Positions 1-9,624 of a DNA stretch of 32,000 bases are shown here, piece after piece. Position numbers and translations under genes: made by a program. The notes beneath the pieces are model-generated. The model worked only from the letters and a program-made list of their open reading frames with translations, had not been told where the DNA came from and searched no databases. The stretch lies in NCBI GenBank assembly GCA_048886185.1, contig JBHLKY010000031.1, positions 1 through 32,000 on the forward strand, in the 5' to 3' direction. The first letter of the stretch is position 1; each line of letters begins with the position of its first letter. The DNA comes from Candidatus Hermodarchaeota archaeon (lineage in GTDB: Archaea > Asgardarchaeota > Heimdallarchaeia > Hodarchaeales > Hodarchaeaceae).

Positions 1-147
1 TATTTCACCTATATATTTTTAGAAAGATCAATTATTGATGAAGAATGATTTAGTACCAATTTGATTCTATCATTCTTTTGAAATTGGGTATTCATAATAT
101 ATAATTTTCAGTAATTATGGAGTCATTTTGAAGTCATTTTTGAGTAT

Positions 148-175
148 AACCAACGTTAATTGCACGAAAATCTTT
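148..175 (+). repeat. Intergenic CCAAC-motif copy 1 (attC R''-like half-site)
   Basis: aaccaac gttaa ttgcacga aaatcttt; matches the 28481 copy at 21 of 26 aligned positions. Confidence 0.6.
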
Positions 176-242
176 ATGTTTTCTTTATATAGTCTGAATA
201 TCATTTATGGTTAATGTACAAATATTTCGAAAAGATGTTTTC

Positions 243-971
243 TTAAACATTATTATCTGTAACAAGTTTTTTTGCCACAATTATCCCGATCAAAGGTGTC
301 ACAACTAGTTTCCAGAGTAGCATTAAAATCCAATATGGAAATGTAAGGTTAATGTTATTAGGAATCTGTAAAATATTTCCGAATAAACCATAGAATACAA
401 TAAGCAAATTGCCGAATAAAATTGCCAGACCATAAATCATTCTTCCATTAGAGACACGTTCAGATGGAAAAGGGGATTTGTCTTGAAGTACTAAGAAGAT
501 GAATAGAAAAAAAGATGCAATGAGGAAGAATAGAAAAAAAGATACATCATTTTCAGGATGAAGAGTCTGGAGACTAAATGAACCTATTGGATCAAACCCA
601 AAATTAAGGGGACCACGAAGATAAAAGGGAAAGCGCCATAAAATACTCGTTATAACCCACATTAAGCCGCATCCTGCAATTATGAAAGGAATTTTGTCTT
701 TTTGAGAGTTTTTCAAAACATTTTCCCCCTCTAGAACCGATATAATAGTAATTGTAGTAACCACTATTAAATCCAATAATAATGCAATGAATAAAGTCAC
801 ACTCAAGATGATGCGCAACGAGACATACAAATAAGATTCAAGAATCAGTAATAGATAACCACCAATGTACAATAATGCACTAAAAAGGAGTATTACATTT
901 TGACCAAGCCAGAGATACCAGATTCGCTTATACAGCTTTGATCGATTAATACTCCTAAAGATCTCTACCAC
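243..971 (-). CDS. Hypothetical polytopic membrane protein (~6 TM helices)
   Basis: 242-aa ORF, GTG start, alternating long hydrophobic stretches; no family motif recognised. Confidence 0.7.
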   Translation of the reverse strand: MVEIFRSINRSKLYKRIWYLWLGQNVILLFSALLYIGGYLLLILESYLYVSLRIILSVTLFIALLLDLIVVTTITIISVLEGENVLKNSQKDKIPFIIAGCGLMWVITSILWRFPFYLRGPLNFGFDPIGSFSLQTLHPENDVSFFLFFLIASFFLFIFLVLQDKSPFPSERVSNGRMIYGLAILFGNLLIVFYGLFGNILQIPNNINLTFPYWILMLLWKLVVTPLIGIIVAKKLVTDNNV

Positions 972-1193
972 TCCAAACAGGACATTTCCATCCTTTTATT
1001 GGCTTTATTAGGTCGGAAAAGCATTTTGTTGATTGAAAATCCTTATCGAAGGCATCACCATCGTGTTCCTGAGGTGCTAGCCATAACCCTTTAAATATAT
1101 CACCTTTTTCTACCTAATAAAGTTTTCTTGTTTTGAAACAGTTTGCGTTGAAGTATCCTATAATTAGTACAGAAATTATCCAGTCTATAAAAT

Positions 1194-1217
1194 ACCCAAC
1201 GTTAAATGATATTTTTA
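1194..1217 (+). repeat. Intergenic CCAAC-motif copy 2
   Basis: acccaac gttaa atgatatt ttta; exact RYYYAAC directly followed by GTTAAAT (GTTRRRY). Confidence 0.6.
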
Positions 1218-1515
1218 CGTATTTCTATGAAAAGGTTCCTAGCTAAGTGATTAGAATAAAACACAATACACACAATAGAAAAAGGTGGGAAGATGTTGGA
1301 ATTAAATGGTAGGGATCAATTCGGAAAGGAACACTTCGCATTGAGTAAAGAAAAAGATAATTTTTAATGCCCTTTAGAAATCTCATATTTAAGGTTAGTT
1401 CCTTTAAGGTAAATCGTGAGAAATTGATAATATTCACCTGAAGAGGATGAAAAGTACTCTTTTACCTTCATTAATTTTAAAAAGGACATGAATCGAATAC
1501 TGAAATTATGGAAAG

Positions 1516-3255
1516 ATGAACCAATTTAACATAATAATTCTTAGTATTCTTCTGCTAGGGCTTATTAATTGGACAACAGATTATAATAAGTCCACTACGG
1601 CTGCTTTCAGTCCAAATAAACTGATAAAGACACACACAACGCCGGTATTTAAAAGCACCAATAGCCAAATTTACACTCCCCATTCACCTATTGTAATTAC
1701 TGCTAATAGCCACTTTATATCGCAAGGATTTCTAGGGGCTGGGACCCTTGAAAATCCATATCGGATTGAACACCTCAATATCAGTGCATCAAGTGGCAAT
1801 TTGGTTCTTATTAGTGATACAACTGTTCATTTCCGCATTAGTGATATTTATCTGGATGGTTTGGTAACAGCAACTTCAGGGGTCTCTCTTTTTAACGTCC
1901 AACATGCCACAGTTGAAAATAATACCATAACTAGTAGTGAGGATGGAATAAGGATTAATAATGCTCCTAAAACTGTTATTCTCAACAACAACATCTATTC
2001 GAACACAAGGTTTGGTATCTTCCTTGATAAAACCGATAATTGTACCCTCTCATCCAATTCAGTTCACGATAACCTGATTAATGGAGTCCATCTGAAGGAC
2101 ACTTTGAATACGACCATCAATCATAATACCATCTACAATCACCACTATGGGGAGTACTCACAATGTGGTATTCTCCTTGATAACTCCTCTAATACTCTTA
2201 TCGCAAACAACTCAATTTTCAACAACCACTATGGGATAAAACTCCTTAATTCGGCAAACAATAATCAGGTTACCAACAATACCCTCTACGATAACCAACA
2301 ACAAGGGATCTGTCTTGAATATGCCTCTGGAAACACGCTTGTTTATAACAATATTTCCAACAATCTGTTCTATGGGATACTAATCACAGATGGCTCCAAT
2401 GATAATACCATTCAATATAATAGTTTTACAGGAAATAAAGCTGGAACAAACAACACCCAAGCATCAGATAATGGAATTAATAATGTCTTTAAGGGGAACT
2501 TTTGGGATGATTGGGCTCCTCACGATGACAATGATGATCTGATTATCGATATACCCTATCCGATAGAAGGGACTGCTAATAACTCGGATTCCTTTCCTCT
2601 TAGGGTGCTTTCTATTCAAGCGATTGAGAACATCAATAAAAGGCCTGACTATTCAGGAATTCTAATATTTCTCATTGTGGTTATGGTTGGGATTGTCATA
2701 AGCACTGGTGGGGGGTATTTTCTTTACACTTCGCGATTTAAAGAACCTGAAATTGAAGAGCCTTTTACTGACTTTGAGTCATCAGATCAGATTGATCGAC
2801 TCAAACCTCTTTATCATAAAATCGTTGTTGGTTTGGAGAATATTCAAGCACTTACGTTACCTGAACCTGCCACTGTTCCTCTGTTAAAACCCGCGGAAAC
2901 CATTACCCTGATTGAGTACTTCCCCGCTGACATTAAGAAGGATCTCCGCTCTGGGCTGAAGTGGCGAACGGTGCTAACTTTGATTGAAATTGCGTATCAG
3001 GATCCAAGTGATACTAATCCTGCACAATTAGCCCAAAATATGGATATCCCTCGATCTACTCTCTCTAAAGAAATCAAACGCCTCACTGACTTGGGGTATA
3101 TCGAATCGTTTATTACATTCAAAGTCTTACACGACGCCCGATTTCACAATTATATGATCACCTCCAAGGGCTTTAAACTCCTGTACATCTTGAAAGAAGC
3201 CTTCAAGCTTGCCATTGCCCGAATTAAAGAAAAACAAGGGGAAATTTATGCTTGA
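1516..3255 (+). CDS. Membrane-anchored protein: signal peptide, parallel beta-helix (NosD/CASH-like) ectodomain, TM helix, C-terminal winged-HTH (MarR-like)
   Basis: Repeated NxIxNNxxxGIxL motifs and a GNFWDD cap; TM segment ILIFLIVVMVGIVISTGGGYFLY; C-terminal PAQLAQNMDIPRSTLSKEIKRLTDLGYIE...DARFHNYMITSKG. Confidence 0.85.
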   Translation: MNQFNIIILSILLLGLINWTTDYNKSTTAAFSPNKLIKTHTTPVFKSTNSQIYTPHSPIVITANSHFISQGFLGAGTLENPYRIEHLNISASSGNLVLISDTTVHFRISDIYLDGLVTATSGVSLFNVQHATVENNTITSSEDGIRINNAPKTVILNNNIYSNTRFGIFLDKTDNCTLSSNSVHDNLINGVHLKDTLNTTINHNTIYNHHYGEYSQCGILLDNSSNTLIANNSIFNNHYGIKLLNSANNNQVTNNTLYDNQQQGICLEYASGNTLVYNNISNNLFYGILITDGSNDNTIQYNSFTGNKAGTNNTQASDNGINNVFKGNFWDDWAPHDDNDDLIIDIPYPIEGTANNSDSFPLRVLSIQAIENINKRPDYSGILIFLIVVMVGIVISTGGGYFLYTSRFKEPEIEEPFTDFESSDQIDRLKPLYHKIVVGLENIQALTLPEPATVPLLKPAETITLIEYFPADIKKDLRSGLKWRTVLTLIEIAYQDPSDTNPAQLAQNMDIPRSTLSKEIKRLTDLGYIESFITFKVLHDARFHNYMITSKGFKLLYILKEAFKLAIARIKEKQGEIYA

Positions 3256-3364
3256 TTTTTATTAGAATGGATGAATGTGGAATAATGTTGAATTTGGAAG
3301 AAATGACTAGCTTATTGGTTCAGTTGTCCAGAGGTAGATCCGTGATGGTTACCATATCAAAGGG

Positions 3365-3376
3365 GAAACTAGTTTC
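3365..3376. promoter_or_regulatory. Perfect 12-bp palindrome, candidate operator
   Basis: GAAACTAGTTTC is its own reverse complement; 77 bp upstream of the GTG at 3454. Confidence 0.3.
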
Positions 3377-3453
3377 TAAATGGAACCCATTCTCCTCTCT
3401 TTTAAACTTACCTTCCTAGGCAGAAAGCATATGTTTCAAGGAAGGAAAAATAA

Positions 3454-5850
3454 GTGAAACGCTACAAACCATTCTTCATAGTATTGAATGTTCTTCTATT
3501 CTTAGGATTAAGTTGTTGTACGCTGTCCTATGAACTTCAATCCATATTAAACGTGGATTTTCCCAATGACATGGCAGTTCGACCTGATAATCCTACTCAA
3601 AAAGTAACCGATACTCAATCATATATCGAACACGGCCCGATCACCATTACCTCTGATTTTCAATTAAATAATTCGGGATTTCCAGGCAATGGAACCATTG
3701 ATGATCCTATTTTGATAAAAAATTACTCTTTCACCCCTGAAAATGGTTTTCCCTTGATCCATATTAGTGGTACAACATTTTATTTCCGTATTACAAATTG
3801 TCTTCTTAACGGGTCATCCAATTCGCATTGGGGAATCCATCTAGACAATGTTATCAATGGCCATATTGAATCCAATGTTATTATCAATAATCCTTCTGAC
3901 GGTATTGGTATTTACTCCTCAGAGAATATTTCAATCAAAAACAACATAATTCACCATAACAGTTGGAATGGAATAAGACTTGAGTCTCTATCAAATTATA
4001 ACATCATAGCTAATAATACAGCATACAATAACGATGGGGAGGGTGTTTGGCTAGGAAGTTCTTCTAACAATAACTCCATCACCAATAATACGCTTTACAA
4101 TAATCGAAATGGCATTTATCTTGGAACTGATGGCTCTCCACCTCCTATTGGATGCCATAATAATACTATTGCAACCAATTTAATTTTTAACAACTTTAAC
4201 AATGGGATCGAACTTCAGGCTGAATCAGATGATAATATAATTACTAATAATACAGTTTTTAATAACGGGTTTAATGGAATAAATGTTGCCTCATCAAAGG
4301 ATAACAAAATTGAAAATAATACAATCCTCAATAATAGCAATGGAATTCTTTTTATTGATTCCCATGATAATGTTATCCATAATAACAGTGTTTTTGAAAA
4401 TATCTATGTGGGCATTCGAATAGGGGAGGGAGATGGAACTGGGAACAATTATAACAATAATATTTCAATGAACACTATATTCGATAATTCTGAAGCCGGG
4501 ATTGGGATTTATTCCAATAATCATCACAATAAAATCTATAACAACTCTATTTTTAACAATGGAGCAGGAATAGGATTTCAGTCAAACTCTAATAATAATA
4601 GCATCCAGGAAAATCTATTGTATAGTAACGGATTAGGGCTATATTTCTCCTCCTCCAACTATAACACAATCCAATTTAATGATTTTTCAGGTAATTCTGC
4701 ATCCGATAACAGCTTAGGCAATGTCTTTGAAAAGAATTATTGGAGTGATTGGACTGGAACAGATTCATACTCCATTGGTGGTTCAGCAGGAAATCGAGAT
4801 CTCTCTCCTTTGATGAATCCATATCATTTGTCAGGACTAATCATTACAGCACCAACAATTGAAAATTTGACACTAGCGGGTAATGTACTCATTCAATGGA
4901 ATGTTTTAGACACATTTGGTCATACTCTCACCTATTCCGTCTTTTACTCAACAGATGATGGAGGAAGTTGGACAACCCTCGCTTCGGGGTTAACTACAAC
5001 AAATTATACACTTGATACAACAACCATCGCTGATGGAACATCTATTCTACTCAAAATTCAGGCTGTTGATTCCATAGGGTTCGTTGCAAAAACTGTTTCT
5101 ACTGAGTCATTCCTTATTGCCAACACCCCTCATCGATTATCGTCTCCCAGTATTACCTCCCCTAGTCAGGATGACACCCTCACTGCTCAAATTGATATTT
5201 CCTGGATCCCTGTTATGGACACTTGGAACCATGAAGTATGCTACAGTCTTTATTATTCTGCTGATAACGGTACAACTTGGATTCAGTTAGGTACAGAGCT
5301 CACCACCACCAGTTATTCTTGGGATACCACTATCGTTACTGATGGGACAGAGTACTTGATTAAAGTCAATGCTTCTTGCACAGACGGATTAGTTGTGGAA
5401 GACATCTTAGAAGGTACATTCAATGTGCACAATGAGATTAGTACCCCTACCATCTCATCTCCTAAGAGCGGGGAAATCCTTAACGGTACCATCACCATCG
5501 AATGGAGCGCGTCCCTTGACCCATTAAGGCATTCCATCAAGTATACCGTTTATTATTCTTCGGATGATGGTGCGACTTGGACACAGCTAGCAAGTGGTCT
5601 TACAGTAACCAGTTACTCGTGGGATACCTCTACAGTTCCTAATGGCTTCAGTTATCGGATCAAAGTCATAGCTATCTGTTCCGAAGGGGTAACAGCAGAG
5701 GATATCACTCAGCCATTTACTATCCAGAATCCAATATCTACTTCTACAAGCTCTGACACAATCCCAAGCATGGGTTACCTCATGCTTCTCTTGTTATTAG
5801 TTACACTGATAGTGGTGAAGAAATGGAGGAAGACCAAACCAGCTACTTGA
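3454..5850 (+). CDS. Surface protein: beta-helix repeats, three Ig/FN3-like repeats, C-terminal TM anchor with basic tail
   Basis: GTG start after a GGAAGG-type RBS; beta-helix repeats ending in KNYWSDW; three repeats of P.I..P....L...I.I.W....D..H...Y..YYS.D.G.TW..L...L....Y..DT.....G; tail IPSMGYLMLLLLLVTLIVVKKWRK. Confidence 0.88.
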   Translation: MKRYKPFFIVLNVLLFLGLSCCTLSYELQSILNVDFPNDMAVRPDNPTQKVTDTQSYIEHGPITITSDFQLNNSGFPGNGTIDDPILIKNYSFTPENGFPLIHISGTTFYFRITNCLLNGSSNSHWGIHLDNVINGHIESNVIINNPSDGIGIYSSENISIKNNIIHHNSWNGIRLESLSNYNIIANNTAYNNDGEGVWLGSSSNNNSITNNTLYNNRNGIYLGTDGSPPPIGCHNNTIATNLIFNNFNNGIELQAESDDNIITNNTVFNNGFNGINVASSKDNKIENNTILNNSNGILFIDSHDNVIHNNSVFENIYVGIRIGEGDGTGNNYNNNISMNTIFDNSEAGIGIYSNNHHNKIYNNSIFNNGAGIGFQSNSNNNSIQENLLYSNGLGLYFSSSNYNTIQFNDFSGNSASDNSLGNVFEKNYWSDWTGTDSYSIGGSAGNRDLSPLMNPYHLSGLIITAPTIENLTLAGNVLIQWNVLDTFGHTLTYSVFYSTDDGGSWTTLASGLTTTNYTLDTTTIADGTSILLKIQAVDSIGFVAKTVSTESFLIANTPHRLSSPSITSPSQDDTLTAQIDISWIPVMDTWNHEVCYSLYYSADNGTTWIQLGTELTTTSYSWDTTIVTDGTEYLIKVNASCTDGLVVEDILEGTFNVHNEISTPTISSPKSGEILNGTITIEWSASLDPLRHSIKYTVYYSSDDGATWTQLASGLTVTSYSWDTSTVPNGFSYRIKVIAICSEGVTAEDITQPFTIQNPISTSTSSDTIPSMGYLMLLLLLVTLIVVKKWRKTKPAT
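3598..3711 (+). repeat. 114-bp segment shared with 6031..6144
   Basis: 12 mismatches in 114 nt by manual alignment, mostly synonymous; 35-nt exact core ggcccgatcaccattacctctgattttcaattaaa. Confidence 0.9.
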
Positions 5851-5880
5851 TATTTGTACAAGTTAAAGAAAGAAGGTGAA

Positions 5881-8298
5881 ATGACATTGAAACAATCGAA
5901 ATTAGTAATGATTACAATTCTAATAATTCTTCTATTTGCCTTGAATAGTTGTATGGTAGGACTAGAGTTTCAATTCACTACAGAAAATGAATTTTTGAAT
6001 ACAAAAACATTCCAACCTAGATCATGTCTACAAAAGGTGACTGGTACTCAATCGTATATTGAACGTGGCCCGATCACCATTACCTCTGATTTTCAATTAA
6101 ACAATTCGGGGTTTCCAGGGAATGGAACCATTGATGATCCGATTCGGATTGAAGGATATAATATCACTTATTCGAGTGGAACGTTAATCTATATTCGGGA
6201 TACAACCTTCTACTTCGAGATTACGAATAATTATCTTAATGGGTTGTCAAGTGCTTCGAGGGGTATCTATCTTTACAATGTTATCCATGGAACCATTAGA
6301 AATAACATAATTTCTTCATGTGGGCAAGGGATTGAGTTTTGGTACTCTAATGACAACGTAATTATCAATAATACCGTATTCAACAATAACTATAACGGAG
6401 TCAAGTTTCATTTCACTTCTAATAATAATAAAATCATAAACAATACTATATACGATAATATCCAAGAAAGTGGAATTTGGCTTGAAGCATCAAGTAACGT
6501 AACCATTACTGATAATATTGTCTATATGAATGATGATAATGGAATTAAATTGGATTCATGTCATAACTGTAGAATTATTAATAATAGCGTATATAATAAT
6601 TCTTTTGTTGGCATTAGAATAGACCCCTCCTCCTCAAAAAACAATTCAGTTATTAAAAATGAAATTTATAATAATTCTGAGGAAGGTCTTAGTCTTTATT
6701 TTGCCGAGAATACTACTGTACGCCTTAATAAAATTTATGGTAATGGTTGGAACGGGATAGATCTTGGATCTTCCAAGTTTAACACTCTAAGTTCTAACAC
6801 AATTATTAATAACAACGAAAATGGAATAAGTCTATGGGGAGAGTCGAACACTAATACAATTTGCAATAACACAGTTTATAACAATAATTTGAATGGCATA
6901 AATGTTGATTCATCCAATAATAATACAATCTATAATAATACAGTTAATCTTAACACCCAAAATGGGATTCATCTCAATAATGCAAATGATAACACTATTG
7001 CGGATAACAGGATTCACGATAATTATTTCACTGGAATTTATCTTCATAACTCAGACAATAATACGCTGTTCAACAATACTTTGACGAATAACTATTTTAA
7101 TTTGATTAAAACAGAAACTTTGTTAACACCAGTCCAAGAGGGGATTTATGATTTCACTGTAACCATCCAGAACATGAGCGTTCCAGTTTCAGCTAATTCT
7201 GTGCCATTTTCCTGGGAAAATGTCTATTATGAATTACCCCTTGAAAACGGTTTTGGAACTCTGGATGAGAACGTTGTTGATCTAGATCTGAACGGGGATA
7301 GTGATAAAATAGATCTATTTGATGTTACATGGTTCTATAATGAAACTCGCTCATGGGATGCTATAATCAACGATGGTTTTCAAGACATTCACGCTTACTC
7401 CATCTATGAGGGACTACCTGAAGATCCAGGGAGGTATCGAACATATTACATTGACGGAGAATCAAAGCTATTCCAGCTAGGGACTAAAATGCATTCGCTT
7501 TATATGGTAAATAAAGATCTTGCTGTTTTCGGATTAGAGGACGTGATTATTCTTAACCACCCAAGTCCAAACTTTGTGTTTGTTACGTTTTCACCAGTTA
7601 TCGATGTAACAGACTTTCACATTAATAATGCACCTATTGAGGTGAATTACACTCGAAGTGTTACTCTACCACAGTTTGGGTGGGATTTGACGTGCTATAT
7701 TATCCCAGCTCAAACAATCGGGTCAGCAGAGGTAATAACATTTTCCTGTATGATATTAACCCAAGAAACCATGATTAATAATGTAGGGTTCCGTATGAAC
7801 TGGTCACCAGATGGTAATACTAGGTCCCAATGGGACTTTTTTACCCAAGAAATCTCACTTATTGGTGATAACACTCCACCAACAGTGATAATAAATAAAC
7901 CACTCCCGCAAACATATGCAACTGACACGATCACTGTAGCGTTATCTGGGGATGCAGATAATTATTGGTACTATATTGAGTCAGTAGACAGCCAGAATCA
8001 GACTTGGACTACCAGTGTGGGTCGAATGCTTACTGACGGCACTTACACACTCCACGTATATGGAAACGACTCTGTGGGGAATGTTGCTCACGTCTTTGTT
8101 ACATTTACAATTGAAACTCCAGTTCCTACCACTCTTCCTATAACAACAACTACCACGACTACTACACCTAGTTCTACAACTACAACCTCAGCAACAACCA
8201 TTCCTACAAAAACTGTTACTCCTGGCTGGAATGTTCTGCTCTTACTTCTTACCTTATTTCTTATGTTACCACTAAGACATCGTAAGAAGAAATCTTAA
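5881..8298 (+). CDS. Surface protein: beta-helix repeats, unknown middle domain, Ig-like domain, Thr-rich linker, PGW-type C-terminal anchor
   Basis: ORF track starts at 5854, but ATG 5881 follows GAAGGTGA, so I prefer it; TTTTTTTPSSTTTTS linker; tail TPGWNVLLLLLTLFLMLPLRHRKKKS. Confidence 0.88.
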   Translation: MTLKQSKLVMITILIILLFALNSCMVGLEFQFTTENEFLNTKTFQPRSCLQKVTGTQSYIERGPITITSDFQLNNSGFPGNGTIDDPIRIEGYNITYSSGTLIYIRDTTFYFEITNNYLNGLSSASRGIYLYNVIHGTIRNNIISSCGQGIEFWYSNDNVIINNTVFNNNYNGVKFHFTSNNNKIINNTIYDNIQESGIWLEASSNVTITDNIVYMNDDNGIKLDSCHNCRIINNSVYNNSFVGIRIDPSSSKNNSVIKNEIYNNSEEGLSLYFAENTTVRLNKIYGNGWNGIDLGSSKFNTLSSNTIINNNENGISLWGESNTNTICNNTVYNNNLNGINVDSSNNNTIYNNTVNLNTQNGIHLNNANDNTIADNRIHDNYFTGIYLHNSDNNTLFNNTLTNNYFNLIKTETLLTPVQEGIYDFTVTIQNMSVPVSANSVPFSWENVYYELPLENGFGTLDENVVDLDLNGDSDKIDLFDVTWFYNETRSWDAIINDGFQDIHAYSIYEGLPEDPGRYRTYYIDGESKLFQLGTKMHSLYMVNKDLAVFGLEDVIILNHPSPNFVFVTFSPVIDVTDFHINNAPIEVNYTRSVTLPQFGWDLTCYIIPAQTIGSAEVITFSCMILTQETMINNVGFRMNWSPDGNTRSQWDFFTQEISLIGDNTPPTVIINKPLPQTYATDTITVALSGDADNYWYYIESVDSQNQTWTTSVGRMLTDGTYTLHVYGNDSVGNVAHVFVTFTIETPVPTTLPITTTTTTTTPSSTTTTSATTIPTKTVTPGWNVLLLLLTLFLMLPLRHRKKKS
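6031..6144 (+). repeat. 114-bp segment shared with 3598..3711
   Basis: Encodes QKVTxTQSYIExGPITITSDFQLNNSGFPGNGTIDDPI in both genes. Confidence 0.9.
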
Positions 8299-8323
8299 AC
8301 TTTCTCATACTCCCCTTTACTCC

Positions 8324-8332
8324 TTTTTTTTT
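8324..8332 (+). terminator. Oligo-T tract, candidate archaeal terminator of the beta-helix cluster
   Basis: T9 within a pyrimidine-rich tract 25 bp after the stop at 8298. Confidence 0.45.
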
Positions 8333-8399
8333 AGAAGTCTGTAAGTTAACCAAAGTTATAATACATTATACGTATCAACATACGTATTTTTGATAACCT

Positions 8400-8431
8400 A
8401 TCCAACGCTAACTACAATTTTTATATAAAAA
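8400..8431 (+). repeat. Intergenic CCAAC-motif copy 3
   Basis: atccaac gctaa ctacaa tttttatataaaaa; tail resembles the copies at 28781 and 30743. Confidence 0.6.
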
Positions 8432-8609
8432 TGAATGTGAATTAGTTTTAATCTGAGAACTTTTGGTTGGTCTCGAAAAGAGATACTTCTCGCTACAAGA
8501 AGTTTAAACATGATAGCCATTGTATCATATGTTTATTATAATCTCATACTTAAAATTTATATGATGATTACTAGAATCACGAAGAAGAACGAAGTAGAAG
8601 GAATATCCA

Positions 8610-9458
8610 TTGAAATTTATAACACTTAACAACGGAATTAAAATGCCCATATTGGGATTTGGGGTTTACCAGATAAAAGACCCTAAATTATGTGAACAGT
8701 GTGTTAGAACAGCGATTGATGTTGGATACCGATTAATTGATACCGCTTTTGCATATGGAAATGAAAACGCGGTTGGAAAAGCCGTTCAGTCAAGCTCAAT
8801 TCCCCGAGATGAACTATTCATAACTACTAAACTCTGGAGTCCATATGCGAATTATAATAATACCAAACAACAGTTTGAAAAATCATTAAACAGGTTAGAA
8901 ATGGATTATGTTGATCTCTATCTTATTCATCAACCTTTTGGTGATGTGTATGGATCCTGGTGTGCAATGGAAGAACTTTACGAGGAAGGAAAAATCAGAG
9001 CTATTGGTGTTAGCAATTTTTATCCTGATCGTTTAATTGATTTTATACTTCATAATAATATAACTCCTGCAGTTAACCAGGTTGAGACTCATCCTTTTAA
9101 CCAACAGATAGAGAGTGAGAAAATAATGAAGGAATATAATGTTCAGATTGAGTCCTGGGGTCCATTTGCTGAGGGAAGAAACAACTTGTTCCAAAACGAG
9201 GTACTAGCTTCAATTGGTGACAAGTATAATAAATCAAATGCCCAAGTGACTTTGCGATGGCTTATCCAGAGAGGCATAATTGCAATTCCTAAATCAGTTC
9301 ACAAGGAGAGGATAATTGAGAATTTCAACGTTTTTGATTTTGAATTGAACAAGGCAGATATGAGTAAAATTACATCCCTAGATCAGAAAAAGAGTGCCTT
9401 TTTTGATCATAGAGACCCTGAATGGGTGAAAATGTTATCAAATGCTAGACGGGATTAG
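8610..9458 (+). CDS. Aldo/keto reductase (2,5-diketo-D-gluconate reductase-like)
   Basis: [80 protein letters not shown]: the full AKR catalytic and NADPH-binding motif set; TTG start. Confidence 0.95.
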   Translation: MKFITLNNGIKMPILGFGVYQIKDPKLCEQCVRTAIDVGYRLIDTAFAYGNENAVGKAVQSSSIPRDELFITTKLWSPYANYNNTKQQFEKSLNRLEMDYVDLYLIHQPFGDVYGSWCAMEELYEEGKIRAIGVSNFYPDRLIDFILHNNITPAVNQVETHPFNQQIESEKIMKEYNVQIESWGPFAEGRNNLFQNEVLASIGDKYNKSNAQVTLRWLIQRGIIAIPKSVHKERIIENFNVFDFELNKADMSKITSLDQKKSAFFDHRDPEWVKMLSNARRD

Positions 9459-9543
9459 CACAAGTGGGTATTTTAAGACCAAATATGAATAAATACAAGT
9501 TAAACGAGAACATAGAGATAAAAATATAGAGGTACATTAACCA

Positions 9544-9559
9544 ATCCAACGTTAAACGA
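9544..9559 (+). repeat. Intergenic CCAAC-motif copy 4
   Basis: atccaac gttaaacga; exact RYYYAAC directly followed by GTTAAAC (GTTRRRY), 85 bp after the AKR stop. Confidence 0.6.
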
Positions 9560-9624
9560 CATTAGAATCAAAAAACCATCTAAGAAGAAAAAGAGTGAAA
9601 AAACTCCCTCTTCATTCAAGGCTT

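Noticed and set aside
199-1213. AATATCAT (199) / ATGATATT (1206) inverted pair flanking the first gene as element ends
   Set aside because: An 8-bp AT-rich match 1 kb apart is plausible by chance; there is no target-site duplication or transposase.
1243-1437. 64-aa minus-strand ORF
   Set aside because: No recognisable motif or convincing RBS; it could be a remnant, but I cannot support it.
8128-8200. Thr-rich low-complexity stretch as a DNA repeat element
   Set aside because: It is an ordinary Ser/Thr linker before a C-terminal anchor, with varied codons.
1516-8298. nosD / nitrous-oxide reductase accessory annotation
   Set aside because: Only the generic parallel beta-helix fold is shared; no nosZ/F/Y/L genes are present and the domain architectures differ.
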